The position numbers and the translations under genes were made by a program. From the NCBI GenBank assembly GCA_965195345.1, contig OZ239628.1:1840977-1904976 (forward strand): DNA of 64,000 bases. The letters run 5' to 3'. The number at the start of each line of letters is the position of its first letter. The first letter of the stretch is position 1. Positions 10,670 to 19,643 of this stretch are shown piece by piece. Below the pieces are notes generated by a model. The model ran no database searches and was not told where the DNA came from. It was given only the letters and a program-made list of their open reading frames with translations. The stretch is from an uncultured Thiomicrospira sp. GTDB lineage: Bacteria; Pseudomonadota; Gammaproteobacteria; CAKMZV01.

Positions 10670-10816
10670 CTGCTTTGTGATGGAAAATGACTATATCAAT
10701 GGTGCGTACCTAGAATAGTAGGCGGATTGCGTTTATAGACGCACCCTCCTATAATAAACAAACCGAACAAAACCATTTAAACAAACGCACTTCACATATC
10801 TAACAACATTACCTTT

Positions 10817-11785
10817 ATGAACCTCTCTATCATGGAAAATTTCAGTTTTAGCACTTTTGTCTTTATTTTATTTATTGTCATTTTAATTCTTCTTCTTAGG
10901 GGTATTAAAATCGTCCCTCAAGCTGAAAAATGGGTCATTGAAAGGTTAGGAAGTTACAACCGCACGTTAGAAGGTGGATTAAATTATGTCGTTCCTATCC
11001 TTGATTCCATTCGAGCGCGCTTTATGACGCAAGAACAAGTTATTGACATACCTACTCAGCAAGTAATCACGAGAGATAATGTGTCGATCACCATTGATGG
11101 TTTGGTATTTATCCGCGTCACAGATGCACAAAAAACCGTGTATGGAATTCTTGATATGCGTCATGCTGTTGCTCAGTTGGCTCAAACAACGTTACGATCG
11201 GAAATTGGAAAAATGGATTTGGATGATTCGCTATCGTCACGCGATTTACTTAATTCTGCACTGTTGAGTGCGTTGGATCTCGCGGCTGGGGGATGGGGTG
11301 TCAAAGTTACTCGGGTTGAGATTTCAGATATTGATGTCTCGTCAGAAGTTAAAAAGGCAATGGAATTACAATTGCGCGCCGAACGCGAAAGAAGAGCAAC
11401 TGAAAGCCGTGCAGAAGGTGATAAAAATGCAGCCATCGCCCAAGCAGAAGGCGATCGTCAACGAGTTTATAAAGAAGCCGAAGCAATAGAACGAACAGCA
11501 GATGCAAAAAAATACGAACAAATACAATTAGCAACTGGTCAAAAAGAAGCAATGGAAATGATCAGCTCCGTAATGCAGAACAACCCTCAAGCAGCTGAAT
11601 TTTTACTCGCAAAGGATCGCATAAAAGCGTTTAATGATTTAGCAAATAACACCAACCAAGATAAAGTGATTGTCCCTTATGAAGCCAATGCTTTAGTTGG
11701 TGCTCTCAGCATTGTTACCGACTCAATCAAACAAATGACGCCGAAGAAAAAACCTACAATACCTACAGAGAATAACGATGAGTGA
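10817..11785 (+). CDS. SPFH/band-7 (stomatin/prohibitin-like) membrane protein
   Basis: 322 aa. N-terminal TM helix followed by an SPFH domain (KIVPQAEKWVIERLG...) and a C-terminal coiled-coil rich in E, R and A. Confidence 0.8.
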   Translation: MNLSIMENFSFSTFVFILFIVILILLLRGIKIVPQAEKWVIERLGSYNRTLEGGLNYVVPILDSIRARFMTQEQVIDIPTQQVITRDNVSITIDGLVFIRVTDAQKTVYGILDMRHAVAQLAQTTLRSEIGKMDLDDSLSSRDLLNSALLSALDLAAGGWGVKVTRVEISDIDVSSEVKKAMELQLRAERERRATESRAEGDKNAAIAQAEGDRQRVYKEAEAIERTADAKKYEQIQLATGQKEAMEMISSVMQNNPQAAEFLLAKDRIKAFNDLANNTNQDKVIVPYEANALVGALSIVTDSIKQMTPKKKPTIPTENNDE

Positions 11786-12236
11786 GTTTTTCATTCCTGC
11801 CATTCCTGCTTGGTATCTTGTAGGCATTGGTTTAGTTATCATTGCTATAGAAGTGTTCTTTATTAACCTTTTTGTTATTTTTTGGTTTGGTCTTGCTACC
11901 ATACTCATTGGGTTACTGGAACTTTTCATAAAGTTTGAGCGTGGAGAGTCCCAATTACTACTCATCGCACTCATTGGCAGTATCACGTTATTTCTGTATT
12001 TAAAACGGTACAAGCCTCAGCGAAAAACAAACCATAACATTGATAACTATTCAACTGGTGAGACCGGCGTAATCACCGAAACAGAAAATGGTTTAAAAGT
12101 TCAGTATAAAGGAACGCTTTGGGATATTGCTCAACCGACCTCCTCATTCTTAAAATCTGGTGATTGCGTAACAATAACCGCACTAAAAGATAACAAGGCG
12201 ACCATCCAAACATCTTCCATGAGTGATAGTAGTTAA
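11778..12236 (+). CDS. NfeD-family membrane protein (stomatin operon partner)
   Basis: 152 aa. Three N-terminal TM helices and a C-terminal OB-fold-like beta domain. Overlaps the upstream stomatin gene by 8 nt, the classic stomatin-NfeD arrangement. Confidence 0.7.
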   Translation: MSEFFIPAIPAWYLVGIGLVIIAIEVFFINLFVIFWFGLATILIGLLELFIKFERGESQLLLIALIGSITLFLYLKRYKPQRKTNHNIDNYSTGETGVITETENGLKVQYKGTLWDIAQPTSSFLKSGDCVTITALKDNKATIQTSSMSDSS

Positions 12237-12348
12237 TTGAGAGTAATTGAGCAATTCTATCTAGCCTAATATTGCAATTCTTTCGTTTGCCATTGTAAGT
12301 AAATATAATTTTCATTGAACAATCAATCACCTCAAACAATATCATTGA

Positions 12349-13134
12349 ATGCACCCAATTCTTGAAATAAAAAACGCCACTGTTTATCAAGGGGATACCT
12401 TAGTATTTAAGGATTTAAATCTCACCATAGATGACCAGTATAACACCGTTATTCTTGGGCCGAATGGCGCAGGGAAGAGCACGTTACTAAAACTGCTAAC
12501 TCGTGAAACTTACCCCGTTAAGAAACCCGATACCCAAATTAATATCCTAGGAGAAAAGCAATGGAACATTTGGGATCTACGCGCACATATGGGCATTCTT
12601 TCAAGTCATCTACAGAGCGAGTACTTGTTAAATGCACCAGCAAGAAACGTTATACTTTCTGGCTTCTATTCAAGCAACGACGTAAAAACGCATCACCACT
12701 TTAGTAAAAAGCAACAACTGCGCGTTGATGAGCTGATTGCATTCTTAGATATTGCGCCTCTGCTGGATCGGGTGTTTGGTGAGCTGTCCACTGGCGAACA
12801 ACGGAAATTGCTCTTTGCTCGTGCTTTAGTACATAAACCAAAATTAATGGTGTTGGATGAACCAACCAGTGGTCTCGATATTTCAGCATGTTTTGAATAT
12901 ATCAAGATAATTCAGCGGCTTATAAAGTCAGGGACGAAGATTCTTTTGATTACTCATCATCTCCATGAAATCCCACCAGAAATTGAGCGGGTAATTCTTC
13001 TCAAAAAAGGCGAAATCGTCCAAGACGGATTAAAAGAGAGCATTCTAACGACAGATAATCTAGCTTATATATTTGGCACTTCGCTGAGACTAACTGAAAT
13101 AGAAGGCTTCTATCACGTCTCACCTACTAAATGA
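12349..13134 (+). CDS. ABC transporter ATP-binding protein (orphan; no permease adjacent)
   Basis: 261 aa with Walker A GPNGAGKST, an LSTGEQRK signature, Walker B LMVLDEPTSGLD and an H-loop. Confidence 0.8.
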   Translation: MHPILEIKNATVYQGDTLVFKDLNLTIDDQYNTVILGPNGAGKSTLLKLLTRETYPVKKPDTQINILGEKQWNIWDLRAHMGILSSHLQSEYLLNAPARNVILSGFYSSNDVKTHHHFSKKQQLRVDELIAFLDIAPLLDRVFGELSTGEQRKLLFARALVHKPKLMVLDEPTSGLDISACFEYIKIIQRLIKSGTKILLITHHLHEIPPEIERVILLKKGEIVQDGLKESILTTDNLAYIFGTSLRLTEIEGFYHVSPTK

Positions 13135-13320
13135 CCGACATAAAAGATTTTGATGAGCAAACATGTTTGAATTTTGTCTATTAGTTCCCCTCAAATACGC
13201 CGCGTAACCACCAAATTACAGAGATGGAAAAACACGCATTTACATTTATACGCCTGTGGAAACAAAATTTTCAACTATTAAGCCCCCAATCATTGATTTT
13301 TCAAATACAATATATGATCA

Positions 13321-14172
13321 ATGAACATTGATCATATGCGTGCCTTTCTTGAAATTGCAGCAACAGGTAGTTTCCAACTTGCTGCTGAGAAGCTTTTTGT
13401 TACCCAATCAACTATCAGCGCACGTATCAAAGTGCTTGAAGAACAACTCAACCGTCCTTTATTCATTCGAAAACGCAACGGTTCTGAATTAACCGCTGGT
13501 GGGCATCATTTTTATCGACACGCTTTAACTGCTGTACGTGCATGGGAGCGCGCGCAAAATGAAATTGCACTGCCTGAAGATTTAAAAGCAGTGATTAACT
13601 TAGGGATACAAATCAACCACCTTGAAAAAATCTCTGATCCTTGGCTAAAATGGATGAATAAAAATCATCCTGGTGTCGCTGCTAATATCATTTCTGATTA
13701 CACTGGTCCATTGATGACGCGTTTACGCGATGGGTTGCTTGATCTTGCGATTGTATATGACCCACAGCAACGGCCTGATTTAGTCATTGAACCATACATT
13801 CGTGAAGACTTAATATTAGTTAGCTCAACTCCAAGGAATCTGCACCCGCGCTCGATTGATGATTACGTATTTATAGATTGGGGTGAGTCTTTTCGTACAC
13901 AGTACAATTTAGCATTTCCAAAAGCACCGTACCCTCGCCTAACTATTAGTACGGGTAGTGTGGGATTGAATCATATATTGCTTAATGGCGGATCAGGCTA
14001 CTTTCTTGAGAGCACTGTCAGACCTATGATAGACACAGGGCAACTATTTCTTGTGGGAGACGCCCCTATTTTTCAACGCCCGACTTACCTGTTATATCAA
14101 AAAACACCTTTCGATGAAAAAATGATTTCAGCATCCGTGACAGGTTTACGTGAAGCAATCACTGGTGCATGA
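13321..14172 (+). CDS. LysR-family transcriptional regulator
   Basis: 283 aa. N-terminal HTH (FLEIAATGSFQLAAEKLFVTQSTISARIKVLEEQL) and a C-terminal substrate-binding domain. Confidence 0.85.
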   Translation: MNIDHMRAFLEIAATGSFQLAAEKLFVTQSTISARIKVLEEQLNRPLFIRKRNGSELTAGGHHFYRHALTAVRAWERAQNEIALPEDLKAVINLGIQINHLEKISDPWLKWMNKNHPGVAANIISDYTGPLMTRLRDGLLDLAIVYDPQQRPDLVIEPYIREDLILVSSTPRNLHPRSIDDYVFIDWGESFRTQYNLAFPKAPYPRLTISTGSVGLNHILLNGGSGYFLESTVRPMIDTGQLFLVGDAPIFQRPTYLLYQKTPFDEKMISASVTGLREAITGA

Positions 14173-14186
14173 CTGAAAAATCCACA

Positions 14187-14891
14187 TTAAGCATTTATTG
14201 CTTGAAAAGTTAATTCAGATAAACGCTTTCGTTGCTCGCCTGATTCATGAAAATTACTCGGTTGCAACCAGATTTCAAAAGCCTGCCTTAACTCAGACCA
14301 CTCTGAATCAATACATGCGAACCAAGCCGTATCTCTGTTCTTGCCTTTAACTATCATGTGTTGTCGAAAAACACCTTCGTAACTAAAACCCAAACGCTTT
14401 GCTGCACTACGCGATGCTAAATTGAGTGCATTACATTTCCATTCATAGCGTCGATAACCCGTTTCAAATGCAAACTTCATGAACAGATACATACTCTCAG
14501 TCGCCATTATTGTTCTGCTTAACAATGGCGAATAACAAATATGACCAACTTCTATTGTTCCCATGACTGGATTGATGTTCAGATAACTAGCCACTCCAAC
14601 AGCCTTACCAGACTGTAAATCAATAATGGCATAGAATAACGGATCTTTACTTTCAACCATACACCCCAACCAATCAATGTATTCTTCTAATGTTGCAAAC
14701 GGACCATACGGAAGATAGCGCCAAATTACCCCCTCTTTATCGATGCTATTTGCCAAAAACAAATCCTTCCCGTGTTTTTCAACATCCAACTTTTCTACTG
14801 CGCAATAACTCCCCTCAATACGCTTTCCTTGCGGAAAGCTTGCCGATTGCCAATGCAGTAACTCTTGACCCAACGTATCCGTACTATTCAT
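14187..14891 (-). CDS. GNAT-family N-acetyltransferase (RimJ/RimL-like)
   Basis: 234 aa. Acetyl-CoA-binding core near the C-terminus (RSAAKRLGFSYEGVFRQH). Confidence 0.7.
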   Translation of the reverse strand: MNSTDTLGQELLHWQSASFPQGKRIEGSYCAVEKLDVEKHGKDLFLANSIDKEGVIWRYLPYGPFATLEEYIDWLGCMVESKDPLFYAIIDLQSGKAVGVASYLNINPVMGTIEVGHICYSPLLSRTIMATESMYLFMKFAFETGYRRYEWKCNALNLASRSAAKRLGFSYEGVFRQHMIVKGKNRDTAWFACIDSEWSELRQAFEIWLQPSNFHESGEQRKRLSELTFQAINA

Positions 14892-15117
14892 CGTTAGCTC
14901 CTTTATATAATGTCATGTATACAATGTGCATAAAACACATACTCCCGTATAAATATTCATTTAATACAACTTGCATACACTGTATTCTATCTGTTTTTTT
15001 TATAGCTCTACTTATAGGTTTACTTAACAGCGTTTCTTTATAGCATTTCTTATAATATAATTCTGTTGACTAAGTAATTGTCGCTTGCAAATATTTTATT
15101 TCAAATATAAGGATTTC

Positions 15118-16131
15118 ATGTCTATTCTACGCCAACCACTACCCTTTCCAAAACAACAACCCATCGAATATCTATCATTAAAAAACGAACCGCATTTTAA
15201 TGCATCCATTCATTTGCAGTTAGAGAAACCTGCTAACGTAACGACATTGAGTGATTTAGGATACGACTCCAAAACATGTGCTGTGATGCCTTCACAATTG
15301 GCGATCACTTCAGCATTTCGAATACTTTCCGATGAAGGAGTAGCAACGGTATACGATTTGTGCAAGCAAATGGAATCAAACAAGAACATTGCTAATGCAA
15401 CGGGAGGCGTGCGCCTCGGTTCATTCATTCGCGGAGCAGGCTATCGTTCACAATTTATGCATGATTTATGTGCCTCCCCTGAATTGGCTCAATTTCTAAG
15501 TGGTTTGACAGGTGTTTCTGTTGGCGTTCATTCCTTACCCTCTATAGCTTGTGGTATTAACTATGCACCTCAAGATATTACTAAAGCCATTGACACTTGG
15601 CACATTGACTCCATGTCTTTTGACATAGTCATGTTAATGGTTGATCCTTCCACACTTAAAGGAGGAGAGTTCCAATATTTCATGGGTACAAAACAAGAAG
15701 GCAGCTCTATTCTTGGAATATCAGGAGAACAAGGTTCGATTAAAGAATTGCCCTCTGATAGAGTCGTTAGTGTACAGTTTCCAGCAGCTGGTTATGGTTT
15801 CTTGCAACATGGCAACATGGTTTTTCACCGCGCTTGCCGTCTGCACGAACCCGCCGAACGTATTACTGTTGTTCCATCGTTTGTCGTTCTTGATCCGAGT
15901 AAAAAAGATGGCACGAACATCGATTCGCTCATGAATTGGAAGGATCCGGGCATGTTAGCTGAATTGGCAAGACACGAAGCATGGATTGCTCTAAATCATT
16001 TGGAAAATTTGATTGAAGACATTGATCTAACTGCTCCACCTCAACAGATTGGTAAAGCATTGGATGAATCAGTTGCTAGTTTGAATCATTTCTCAGATAA
16101 GTTGAAACAGTTAAATCAAACAAATCATTGA
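15118..16131 (+). CDS. Hypothetical protein; possible Fe(II)/2-oxoglutarate-dependent oxygenase-like (cupin) enzyme
   Basis: ORF track starts at a TTG at 15085. ATG 15118 is preferred because of AAGGA 5 nt upstream. Candidate facial triad: H-I-D (TWHIDSMSF) and a distal His about 75 aa later (HGNMVFHRACR), followed by an R-x-T. No confident family assignment can be made from sequence alone. Confidence 0.55.
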   Translation: MSILRQPLPFPKQQPIEYLSLKNEPHFNASIHLQLEKPANVTTLSDLGYDSKTCAVMPSQLAITSAFRILSDEGVATVYDLCKQMESNKNIANATGGVRLGSFIRGAGYRSQFMHDLCASPELAQFLSGLTGVSVGVHSLPSIACGINYAPQDITKAIDTWHIDSMSFDIVMLMVDPSTLKGGEFQYFMGTKQEGSSILGISGEQGSIKELPSDRVVSVQFPAAGYGFLQHGNMVFHRACRLHEPAERITVVPSFVVLDPSKKDGTNIDSLMNWKDPGMLAELARHEAWIALNHLENLIEDIDLTAPPQQIGKALDESVASLNHFSDKLKQLNQTNH

Positions 16132-16133
16132 TT

Positions 16134-17087
16134 ATGTCTGCCAAATCAAATCAACAAAAAATCCTCCTTACAGGCGCTGCCGGGTGTATTGGTTCTTGGG
16201 TTATCAAGCAATGCTTGGATAACGGACACGATATTGTTGCTGTCGACATCAGTGCCCAGCGTTCGCGTCTTGAACTATTGGTTGGGCAGGATAGGGCGCA
16301 CTCTATCACTTGGGACGTTTGCGACATCCGCAATAAAAATGCTCTGTTAGGAATAGCAGAAAAACATGAAGTAAATGCTATTATTCATCTAGCCGCTTTG
16401 CAAGTGCCATTTTGTAAAGCGGACGCCACACTTGGAGCTGAAGTGAATGTCGTTGGAACCATTAACGTGTTTGAAGTGGCTCGTACACTAGGTATTAAGC
16501 GCATTGCTTACGCTTCTTCGGTTGCAGCTACCGCTATGTTCGAGAAGTCAGCTTGGTTGAAAACATTGTATGGTGCATATAAAATATGTAATGAGCAGAC
16601 TGCCAAAGTGTATTGGCAAGATTACAACATTCCCAGTGTCGGCATACGTCCAAGTGTGATTTACGGTGTTTCACGCGACCAAGGAATGAGTGCTTTGCCA
16701 AGCATTGCGATACTGGCAAGTTGCTTACAGCAACCCTTCAATATTAGCTTTCGTGGTCATGTCGGTTTTGTCTACGCAGCCAATATTGCCCATGCACTGA
16801 TTCAATCGGTAAAAAATGCACACAGTGACGCACACGTCTTTGATTACAATGGCATTCAACTAAGCGTTGAGGATTTTGTCAAATCTGTAAAAAAACGATT
16901 GCCAACATCCAATATAACCATTACGGGAGGCGAACTGCCTTTTCCATCGGACATGAGCAATCAACCTTTAATTGACCATATCGGAGAGTTTGAAGAGATT
17001 GGTATAGAAGATGGCATAACGGAAACGATACAGCTGTTTCAATCATTGGTAAAAAGCGGGCAACTTAACTTATCACATTTAAAGTGA
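16134..17087 (+). CDS. NAD-dependent epimerase/dehydratase-family (extended SDR) protein
   Basis: N-terminal Rossmann motif LLTGAAGCIGSWV and catalytic YxxxK (YGAYK). The ATG at 16134 overlaps the upstream stop TGA at 16129-16131, indicating translational coupling. Confidence 0.75.
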   Translation: MSAKSNQQKILLTGAAGCIGSWVIKQCLDNGHDIVAVDISAQRSRLELLVGQDRAHSITWDVCDIRNKNALLGIAEKHEVNAIIHLAALQVPFCKADATLGAEVNVVGTINVFEVARTLGIKRIAYASSVAATAMFEKSAWLKTLYGAYKICNEQTAKVYWQDYNIPSVGIRPSVIYGVSRDQGMSALPSIAILASCLQQPFNISFRGHVGFVYAANIAHALIQSVKNAHSDAHVFDYNGIQLSVEDFVKSVKKRLPTSNITITGGELPFPSDMSNQPLIDHIGEFEEIGIEDGITETIQLFQSLVKSGQLNLSHLK

Positions 17088-17132
17088 ATTTCAAAAAATA
17101 CTGCAAATTATAAATATCACAAGGAAACATAC

Positions 17133-17981
17133 ATGAAAATCATACGCTTTGGAGATAGCAATCAGGAAAAGCCAGGAATTATTGATAAAAACGGTATATT
17201 TCGAGATGCATCGGCAATAGTGGATGATTGGCACGGCAATAGCATAGGTGCTGACTCACTTGCTCAAATAGCCGCTCATGATTTATTATCATTGCCCGCT
17301 GTGCCCTCCTCTGTGCGTCTTGGAGCACCTATTACGAACATCAGCAAAATCATCGTCATAGGATTGAACTATCGCAACCATGCTAAAGAAGCAAATATGG
17401 ACGTCCCCACTGAACCAATCATGTTGTTAAAATCAACTTCTGCTGTGACAGGACCTAATGATTCAATCGAATTGCCTTTGGGTAGTTCTCAAGTGGATTG
17501 GGAAGTAGAGCTCGGCGTAGTTATTGGCAAAAAAGCTAAAAATGTATCGGTAGAAAATGCCCTATCACACGTTGCAGGTTACACCATTGCCAATGATGTT
17601 TCTGAACGTGATTGGCAAATAAATAGAGGCACTCAGTGGACAAAAGGCAAATGCGCTGATACATTTTGCCCACTTGGACCATGGTTAGTTACAGCAGATG
17701 AAGTGGGCGACCCACAAGATCTGCAACTTAATTTATGGGTTAATCAAGAAAATATGCAAAATGGCAACACCCATGATATGGTCTTCAATGTTGCAGATTT
17801 GGTCAGTCGCATTTCCCATTACACCACACTAAATGCAGGTGACGTAATGATTACAGGTACACCCGCAGGTGTAGGAATTGGGCAGAAGCCTCCACGTTTT
17901 TTAAAGGCTGGAGATCATTTGCGCTTAACCATAGCAGGGTTAGGAGAACAAAACAGTGTCGTGACAGCGCCGTATGCATAA
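17133..17981 (+). CDS. Fumarylacetoacetate hydrolase (FAH)-family protein (COG0179-type hydratase/hydrolase)
   Basis: 282 aa. The FAH-fold metal-binding region (EVELGVVIGKKAK...) and C-terminal GDVMITGTPAGVG motif are present. AAGGAAA RBS upstream. Confidence 0.8.
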   Translation: MKIIRFGDSNQEKPGIIDKNGIFRDASAIVDDWHGNSIGADSLAQIAAHDLLSLPAVPSSVRLGAPITNISKIIVIGLNYRNHAKEANMDVPTEPIMLLKSTSAVTGPNDSIELPLGSSQVDWEVELGVVIGKKAKNVSVENALSHVAGYTIANDVSERDWQINRGTQWTKGKCADTFCPLGPWLVTADEVGDPQDLQLNLWVNQENMQNGNTHDMVFNVADLVSRISHYTTLNAGDVMITGTPAGVGIGQKPPRFLKAGDHLRLTIAGLGEQNSVVTAPYA

Positions 17982-18744
17982 TAAAGTTGTTGTTGTAACA
18001 GGTGGCGCACAAAACATTGGCAATGCCATTGCGCACGTTTTTGCTAGCGCGGGTGCTACTACTATTATTGGTGATATAAACGCTCCAAGCGTTGAGAAAA
18101 ATGTTAAAGAAAACCATGTATCGCACATCGATTTTCATCCGCTCAATGTATGCGATGAAAAGAGCGTTGATGCCTTTTTTCGTTGGCTGGAAGAGAAATA
18201 CGGGTGCATTGGCGTACTAGTCAATAACGCTGGCATTGCTATTGAGGAAAAATTTTCTGACACCAGCCTCGATGATTGGAATAGAGTCATGGATGTCAAT
18301 GTTACAGGAGTTTTTCTTTGCGCAAAAGCCGCCATCAATCAAATAAAAAAACACAACCGAAAAGGCGTCATTGTCAACATCGGTTCGATTGAAGGATTGG
18401 CAGCCAATCCCATGCATGGAGTGTACGGTACATCTAAAGGATCAGTACACGCCATGACACGTAATATTGCCATTGATCATGGTTGTGACGGTATTCGTTG
18501 TAATGCTATTGCACCTGGTTGGATCAATACCCCTTTCAACGATTCTTTTATACATAACTTTCCTAACCCAGAAAATGCACTTAAGGAGATTCTTGCACTG
18601 CATCCAATGGGACAAATCGGCACACCTTCGAATGTAGGGCAGCTTGCATTATGGCTTGCAAGCGATGCTTCAGAATTCATCAACGGGCAGGTTATCTCTA
18701 TTGATGGCGCACGCACAGCCAAACTCCCCCTTCCAGCACTATGA
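17974..18744 (+). CDS. SDR-family oxidoreductase
   Basis: TGGAQNIG cofactor motif, NNAG, and catalytic YGTSK. Overlaps the FAH stop by 8 nt. Confidence 0.85.
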   Translation: MHNKVVVVTGGAQNIGNAIAHVFASAGATTIIGDINAPSVEKNVKENHVSHIDFHPLNVCDEKSVDAFFRWLEEKYGCIGVLVNNAGIAIEEKFSDTSLDDWNRVMDVNVTGVFLCAKAAINQIKKHNRKGVIVNIGSIEGLAANPMHGVYGTSKGSVHAMTRNIAIDHGCDGIRCNAIAPGWINTPFNDSFIHNFPNPENALKEILALHPMGQIGTPSNVGQLALWLASDASEFINGQVISIDGARTAKLPLPAL

Positions 18745-19517
18745 GTGTCCCGATAAACTTCGGTAAAAGACAGTTAGATGGCAAAGTTGCTATCATAACG
18801 GGTGCCAGCAGAGGTTTGGGAAAAGCCATTTCCCAAGTTTTCGTGGATGCTCAGATGCACTTAGTGCTCGTTGCACGTGATAAAAAATCCGTTGAAAGTA
18901 TTGCTCAGGATTTACGAAACAGTGGTCAAAAAATCGTAACAGTTATCGGCGATGTTCGCGATGAATCTTTTTGTAACTCAATCGTTGAAAACGCCGTTCA
19001 ACACTTCGGGAAGATAGATGTTTTAGTCAATAATGCTGGTGTTATTGGTCGCTTACCTATCATCGAAACATCAACGAGCGAATGGAAGCGCGTAATGGAA
19101 ACAAATTTAGACGCTGTTTTTTATCTGTCTCGTGCCGCCATTCAACATATGTCATCTGGAAGCACTATTATAAATGTCGCATCAACTGTATCTGCATTGG
19201 GGTGCGCCAACCTTGTCCCTTATTGCGCCAGCAAAGGGGCCGTAGCTAATTTCACCCGTGCACTTGCACTTGAACTTGCTCCCAGAAAAATCACCGTGAA
19301 CGCCATTTCCCCAGGCGCAATGGATTCTCCTATGTTAATGTCTGAACATAAGGAAAATGTGACAGAAGAGATGGTACGAAAAATGAATTGCGACAGTATC
19401 CCTCAAGGGCGAATTGCCAATGTATATGAAGTTGCAAGAGGTGCTTTATACTTAGCGCAAGAAATGCATTCAACGGGCGTTATTTTACCTATTGATGGCG
19501 GGTATACTGCTCAATGA
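18741..19517 (+). CDS. SDR-family oxidoreductase
   Basis: TGASRGLG motif, NNAG, and catalytic YCASK. ATGA overlap with the upstream SDR. Confidence 0.85.
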   Translation: MSVPINFGKRQLDGKVAIITGASRGLGKAISQVFVDAQMHLVLVARDKKSVESIAQDLRNSGQKIVTVIGDVRDESFCNSIVENAVQHFGKIDVLVNNAGVIGRLPIIETSTSEWKRVMETNLDAVFYLSRAAIQHMSSGSTIINVASTVSALGCANLVPYCASKGAVANFTRALALELAPRKITVNAISPGAMDSPMLMSEHKENVTEEMVRKMNCDSIPQGRIANVYEVARGALYLAQEMHSTGVILPIDGGYTAQ

Positions 19518-19643
19518 GCGATCGGTTTTCAAAAGAGTGAAGCAGTAGTCATTTAAATCGTTTAAAAAAGAGAATATAAAATCGCGTGAGAGTATTCAGT
19601 GTGAAGGGGCTCATCTGAAATATTTTCTCAAATACTTGGACAA

